Of a stretch of DNA of 64,000 nucleotides, positions 59,118-64,000 are shown piece by piece (the stretch's first letter is position 1; the number at the start of each line of letters is the position of its first letter). This DNA comes from Raillietiella orientalis. Lineage: Eukaryota. Below the pieces are notes generated by a model. That model saw only the letters and a list, made by a program, of their open reading frames with translations, made no database searches and had not been told where the DNA came from. The DNA lies in the NCBI GenBank assembly GCA_036172245.1, contig JAYWIR010000054.1, forward strand, positions 248,001-312,000, read 5' to 3'. A program made the position numbers and the translations under genes.

Positions 59118-61540
59118 GGGCTCGTTCCTCTTCGCCTGCGTGCTAGCGGTTTCTTTTAGGGAGGCCCTGGGGTAGGCGGGACATCACCATGGCGAAGATG
59201 TTCCGCTCATTCCGTCCGAGGAGAAAACCGCATCTTCTCACCTTTCGGCCGGTGCACAAGAGAAGAGGCAGAAGTCCCTCGGTTCCGGCTGAACACCAGG
59301 AGGGCGCTCCGGTGCTTCACCGCGATGGCCAACAATTTTTATAGCCGATGTATCTCCATCCGCTTCGGAGTCGGGAAGCCAAGACCGCCGTCCCGACGCA
59401 GAGCGCGCGAGTCCTTCGTCTGGCCTCGGGACCTCCATTATCCCCACAGGACAATTCTCAGAAGGTCCTTCGTCCTCTTCTTGGGCCACTTTGGCGACGG
59501 ACTGGGCTAAGGGGAGAAATGCGCGGGGCCCGAAGCCCACATTTTTGGCCGTCCCGTACCCAAGGGGACCGCCCTCCTTACTGGATGGAGCTCGCAGGAG
59601 AAGAGGAAAAGCGAGGAGGTGGAGGATATGTAGATGAATAGGAGAAACTGACCCACATCCCGAAGGATCTGTCTCAGGGTGTACTGAACGCGATTTCAGG
59701 AAGCCGCGGGAGGGGAGCGTGGAGGAAGGAGAATAGGCCAACTGCGCCCGAGACAGCCTGCCCACGATCTGCTCCCTCGTACCTCGCGTCCCGGTTCGGA
59801 CCGCTCCGACGCCCCCCGCGTGCAGGCGATGGCGCTACCGCCGTTGCGCGCACGTGGTAGCAGAGCGCAGCCAACAGACAAGCGGCCGATACGTCCTCCA
59901 TTGAGCCATGGGATCGGTGACCCCTCCCTAAGAGAGCCGGCAGGTCATCCTGCACGCTCGACGAGCGTCCACGCCTTCACTTCGGTTTTTTCTCTCCCTC
60001 GTCTGCCTTCGAGTGCCCACAGGAAGACCCTCTTCGGTTTCCCAGAATGGGAGTTCTAGGGGCTGTTGGAAGCCCTGGCAGTCTTGAGATACCCGCCACC
60101 CAGCTGCCGTCAAGAACCGCTCCCTCCTCCCCCCCTTTCCGATCGGATGGTGGGATGTCCGCTCCCTCCTTCCGCTGCCAAGTTCTCGGCTCCCGCTTGC
60201 AGGGACTGTCCCGTGGCTACGCTGCAGGGCGACCCGCTTTTAGAGCTCTTCCGCCTTTCCCGGTCGTTTCTGGAAAGGGATCCGAACCGTCTCCATGGGG
60301 ACGGCACGTGGAGGCTTCTGTTCCGTTCGTCTCCCGATGGGTGGAAGGGCGTGATCCTCGCTGGCCTCCGCAGGTGAGGCCACGCGTGGACGGGGAAACC
60401 GCCGCGCGGGGTAGTGGCAAGCGAGTTCGTGATCTCCTCGCTCAGTTCTCCTTGCCTCCTGCCTGCAGTGCGCGTATCCCCTGGTCCAGATCTCCACGGG
60501 ACGTCTCCCAAGTCAGTCTCCCGTGCGCCCGGCCCTGGAGGTTTCCGACTCATCTCTTGTTCCTCCTCCTCCAGCCTGCGCGTGCGGCAGAATTCTCCCA
60601 CCATCCCGCAGTTCTGCTGACCCGGAAGAAGGACAGTGTGACCAAGCAAACGGAGGGGCATTACCCGGCTGGTCGCGAGAAGAGCCTTTTGCATTTCCCT
60701 CCTGCATCCCTCTTCCGTCTCTCGCACCGGGTGGACAGAGCCTGCAACGCGCGACGGGCACCTGAGGGCAGGACGAGCGTTGCCCTCTGTTAGCAGGCTT
60801 GAGCGAGGCTCAGACGGAACTAACCGGTAGCGCGCATTTCGCAGGCACAGCGCGGGCGTCTCCTCCTATAGTGGAGACCTTTCACCCCGGCTGTACGTGC
60901 TCCGGAGATTCAGGATCGACTGGACAACGCCCAGAGGCGCTTCGCATGGAACCTTGCTCTTTATCACACATCTAGCATCCCTCCGGAGCATTTGCCGCCG
61001 CCATCAGTGTCTGTGCCACCTATCGCAAACAGGCGAGACTCGGAAGTGAATTCCAAGGATCTGAAGAGACACCGGGCAAACGTACAGTGCAGGTTGGGCA
61101 GGGCACAAAAGTGCCTGCCAGGAACAGCAAGAGCTGCTCCCTTTCGACGACTCGGAGTGCCTTCTGCAATTACCGAAACGCTGTCTGATTAAAGCAAGCG
61201 CGCGTTAATCGAGACGTCCCCCTTTTGGAAGGACCGGAGTCTTCGCTGCCACCGAGATCTTTGAAGCGAAGTGCACGCTATCGTGCCGCACAGCCAGCGG
61301 AGTCTTCCCCTTTGTTTCCGGCGCCTTCATTACCATTGCTTTCGTGCAGAATGCTGAAGAATAGGCGGGCTGCAACGCTTGAGCGCCGTCCGTCTCCAGG
61401 GCCAGTTCTTCCAGCACGAGAGTGGCTCCTTAAAAGGTCGTGGCTTCCGTGCTCACCGTCTGTTGCCCACAGGAAACAGTACTTTCACTGGAGCCGCTCA
61501 GTGCCTCATTGGGCGCGCCACGACCCAACGCTTGAACCAT

Positions 61541-62426
61541 CCCTCGACGCCATGTTTGCTTTCCCCAACCGGTCCACTGGTAGCGCTCGTGGATCTGGCA
61601 GCCCGTGCTCCAGCGCCCTAGCATACCAACTCATTAAAAAAAAAACAGGTTGTGGTTGCTTCTGCCCAAAGGCCTCATCCACTCATCCTATTTATTTACA
61701 GGATGAGACTCTCTTTCTCTTCCTCCGCGGCGAACGCCAGCTGCTTTGCTGTGGCTGCCACGAGGATGACCTCCCTTCGGTGTGACCGCGACTCCAGCAC
61801 ATGGCGGGCTGTCACCGTGGCGTGGATGCAACACCTCGTCCCAATGGTAGCATCCTTCGGGATTCCGCCTTGCGCGAAGAGGAGTCCTCACAGCAAGTCC
61901 ACGGCGGCGTCCTCCGAGCACAGTGGCACCGAAGGCAGCCAGCCTTTTCCACAGTCCGTGGAGGTCACCTCGAACGGTTTGTAGACTCAAATTCCCGGGA
62001 ACCCAAGCATAGGAACAGCATCACCTCATGCTCCCACCCCAGGGGGACCACCGAAGTGTCCGTGCACAAGGGAGGGACGGCGAGTTCTTCAGGGATCACA
62101 CTAAAAAGGTCGCTCTAGGGAGACAGCTCGATGACGCGGAACCCCTAAGAGAACACTCGCCTTGGTTGTCTCCGAAGGGAACCTCCTCCCTGACCCTCTC
62201 CGGAAGGACTCCCCAGGGATGACCTTCCATTATTTCTTCTCTGGAGGGCACCCGGAAGAAAACTGCTCCTCCTTTCCTCCTCATCTCAAGGGAACACCAA
62301 AGGGACGCTTCCCAATTTCTCTGAAGAGCGCTAACCGAAGGGAGCAGCGCGTTTCTCCCCGACGCCGTGCCTGCTTTCCCAAACCGGCCCACTGGCAGCG
62401 TTCATGGATCTGGCAGTCGTCACCGC
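61541..62426. repeat. Diverged ~70-bp direct repeat pair (61541-61610 and 62357-62426)
   Basis: CGACGCCRTG..TGCTTTCCC.AACCGG.CCACTGG.AGCG.TC.TGGATCTGGCAG is present twice. Confidence 0.8.
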
Positions 62427-62448
62427 AACCGGAGATCAAGGAGCTCCT

Positions 62449-62710
62449 TGATTCCCGGAGGGACCCTGCACCCCAATTCCGGCCGGTCAACGGGGGCATA
62501 CGGTGGCTTCCGACTTCCACCGGTGCCGCACCTGAACAGGCCTACCAGCATCATCCTCTGGGGGAGGGAGTAGAAACCCACGATGCACCCCCATTTTCGG
62601 CGTCGAACTTCCCCCCGAGAGGGATTCGAACCCGCGACTCTCTCGATGCAGCGAGCGGAGATCGTGTGTCTGTGTCGCGGTCTGACAGCTCACTCGCCTT
62701 CAGGCCGCCC
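62449..62710 (-). mobile_element. tRNA-derived SINE, copy 3
   Basis: Box B GGTTCGAATCCC at 62621-62632 (minus strand), a box-A-like motif near 62690-62700, and a body homologous to copies 1 and 2. Confidence 0.7.
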
Positions 62711-64000
62711 AGGAGTTCGGTCACTCCTACAGTGGCGCAGAAGAGCTCCCACTCCGCAAAGGTCGGCAACTTGATTGCTTGCCCTGAGGGCAGCTAGTGC
62801 TGCGGCAATGGGATTCTAGTGACTTCCATCCCAGCGGCTGCCACAGGACATTCGGGTCATCGTGGTAGCAGTTGGCTGGGTGAACGAAAGCACCCACTGG
62901 GGCGAGCACTGGTTCGTCCCAGTGGGTGCGAGTTTTTCACTCGGCCACGCAAGGGCGCTGCCTTTATAAAAAAATGAAGCAGTCGGGAACACTCTGGTTC
63001 CCAATCGAGGACAAAGGAAGTTCAAGGGGAGGGCCCACTGACTCACAGATCGAGATAAGGGAAAGTCCAGAACGGGGGAGGAGGGCAGGGACAACACACA
63101 CAAAAGAAATCCAGTGGGATGGGGTAGGGTCTTTGGGTTCCCTCCGTGTTCACTGGGATCAGGGCCAAACAAGAACACCGGGGAAGTTACGGGGCGAACG
63201 GGAATGGAGAATGAGGAAAAAGATAAGAAAATAAATAAAGGGAGGCAGGGGACAAGGGTCATCGATGTGTCGGTTCGTTTCTTGGACTCCTCAAGCCGGC
63301 GCTGGATGACGGCGATCTCCTCCTTCATTTATTCCTCCAGGTCCGCACCTGGAGGAATAAATGATCGTCTCGAACACGTCGCAGACCGCAGCTCGCGGAC
63401 GCAGCTCCATGGTTGCGATCGCCGCGCCCGTCGAGAGTCCTTCCGGCGCGAAGAACCGCCGCAGCTCACCTCGGGAGGTGTCCTCCTGCAGGTGTTTGAG
63501 CCTCCGCCATGGTTGCTGGAGGGCGCCGCAGTCCAAGAGAGCAGGTGCGCCGGCACCAACTCCGTGGATCTGACACGGTCCAGCGGTGCATCTCCCGCGG
63601 GAACGAGGGTGCCGGCGCTCGCTGCACCGGAACCCTCACTGGAGGAAGAGCAGCACGGCCTGTTCCCAGGAGAGAGAGAACGCAGAAGCGTCCAGACATT
63701 GGGGAGGGACCACAAGCTCCCCGGGGGGTAACACACAAAAGTTGACTACCCACTGAAGGAGTCCCGTCGCCAGAGTAGCGGAGGCAGTATCCTCCAGCTC
63801 GCGCATCTTCCAGCTGCCGAGGAGTTTCGTCCTTGGAGGGGTGCAAGGGGTCGCTGGAACAAGGCGCGGTGCCTCAGAGTCTCCCCGAAAGGTTGACTTT
63901 CGGCGAAGCCGTGGACCTACCCTTGTTGGGGGGGGGCGTCCTTCCCTTTGTTCCTGGATCACTGTCCCCGGTCGTGGGGGCTGGGCCGCGAAGGGCGGGA

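Overview
Animal genomic DNA, probably from an arthropod or other invertebrate (inferred from the Wnt5 N-terminus); it is GC-rich with many simple repeats. The one well-supported gene is a complete Wnt5 on the minus strand. It has 7 coding exons between 50056 and 12772, all introns GT-AG and phase-compatible, giving a 1092-nt CDS and a 363-aa protein. The protein has a signal peptide, the conserved Wnt cysteines and the [10 protein letters not shown] acylation motif. The rest of the window is intronic or flanking DNA. It contains three copies of a tRNA-derived SINE, a frameshifted non-LTR retrotransposon RT fragment, possible decayed LINE ORF1 remnants, a MITE-like insert, two pairs of diverged inverted repeats, minisatellites and candidate regulatory motif clusters. 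Nearly all other ORFs in the track look like chance ORFs in GC-rich DNA. I found no convincing novel multi-gene system. The most notable observations are a 45-nt, in-frame, stop-free micro-intron in Wnt5 and a uORF whose stop overlaps the Wnt5 start codon (AUGA).
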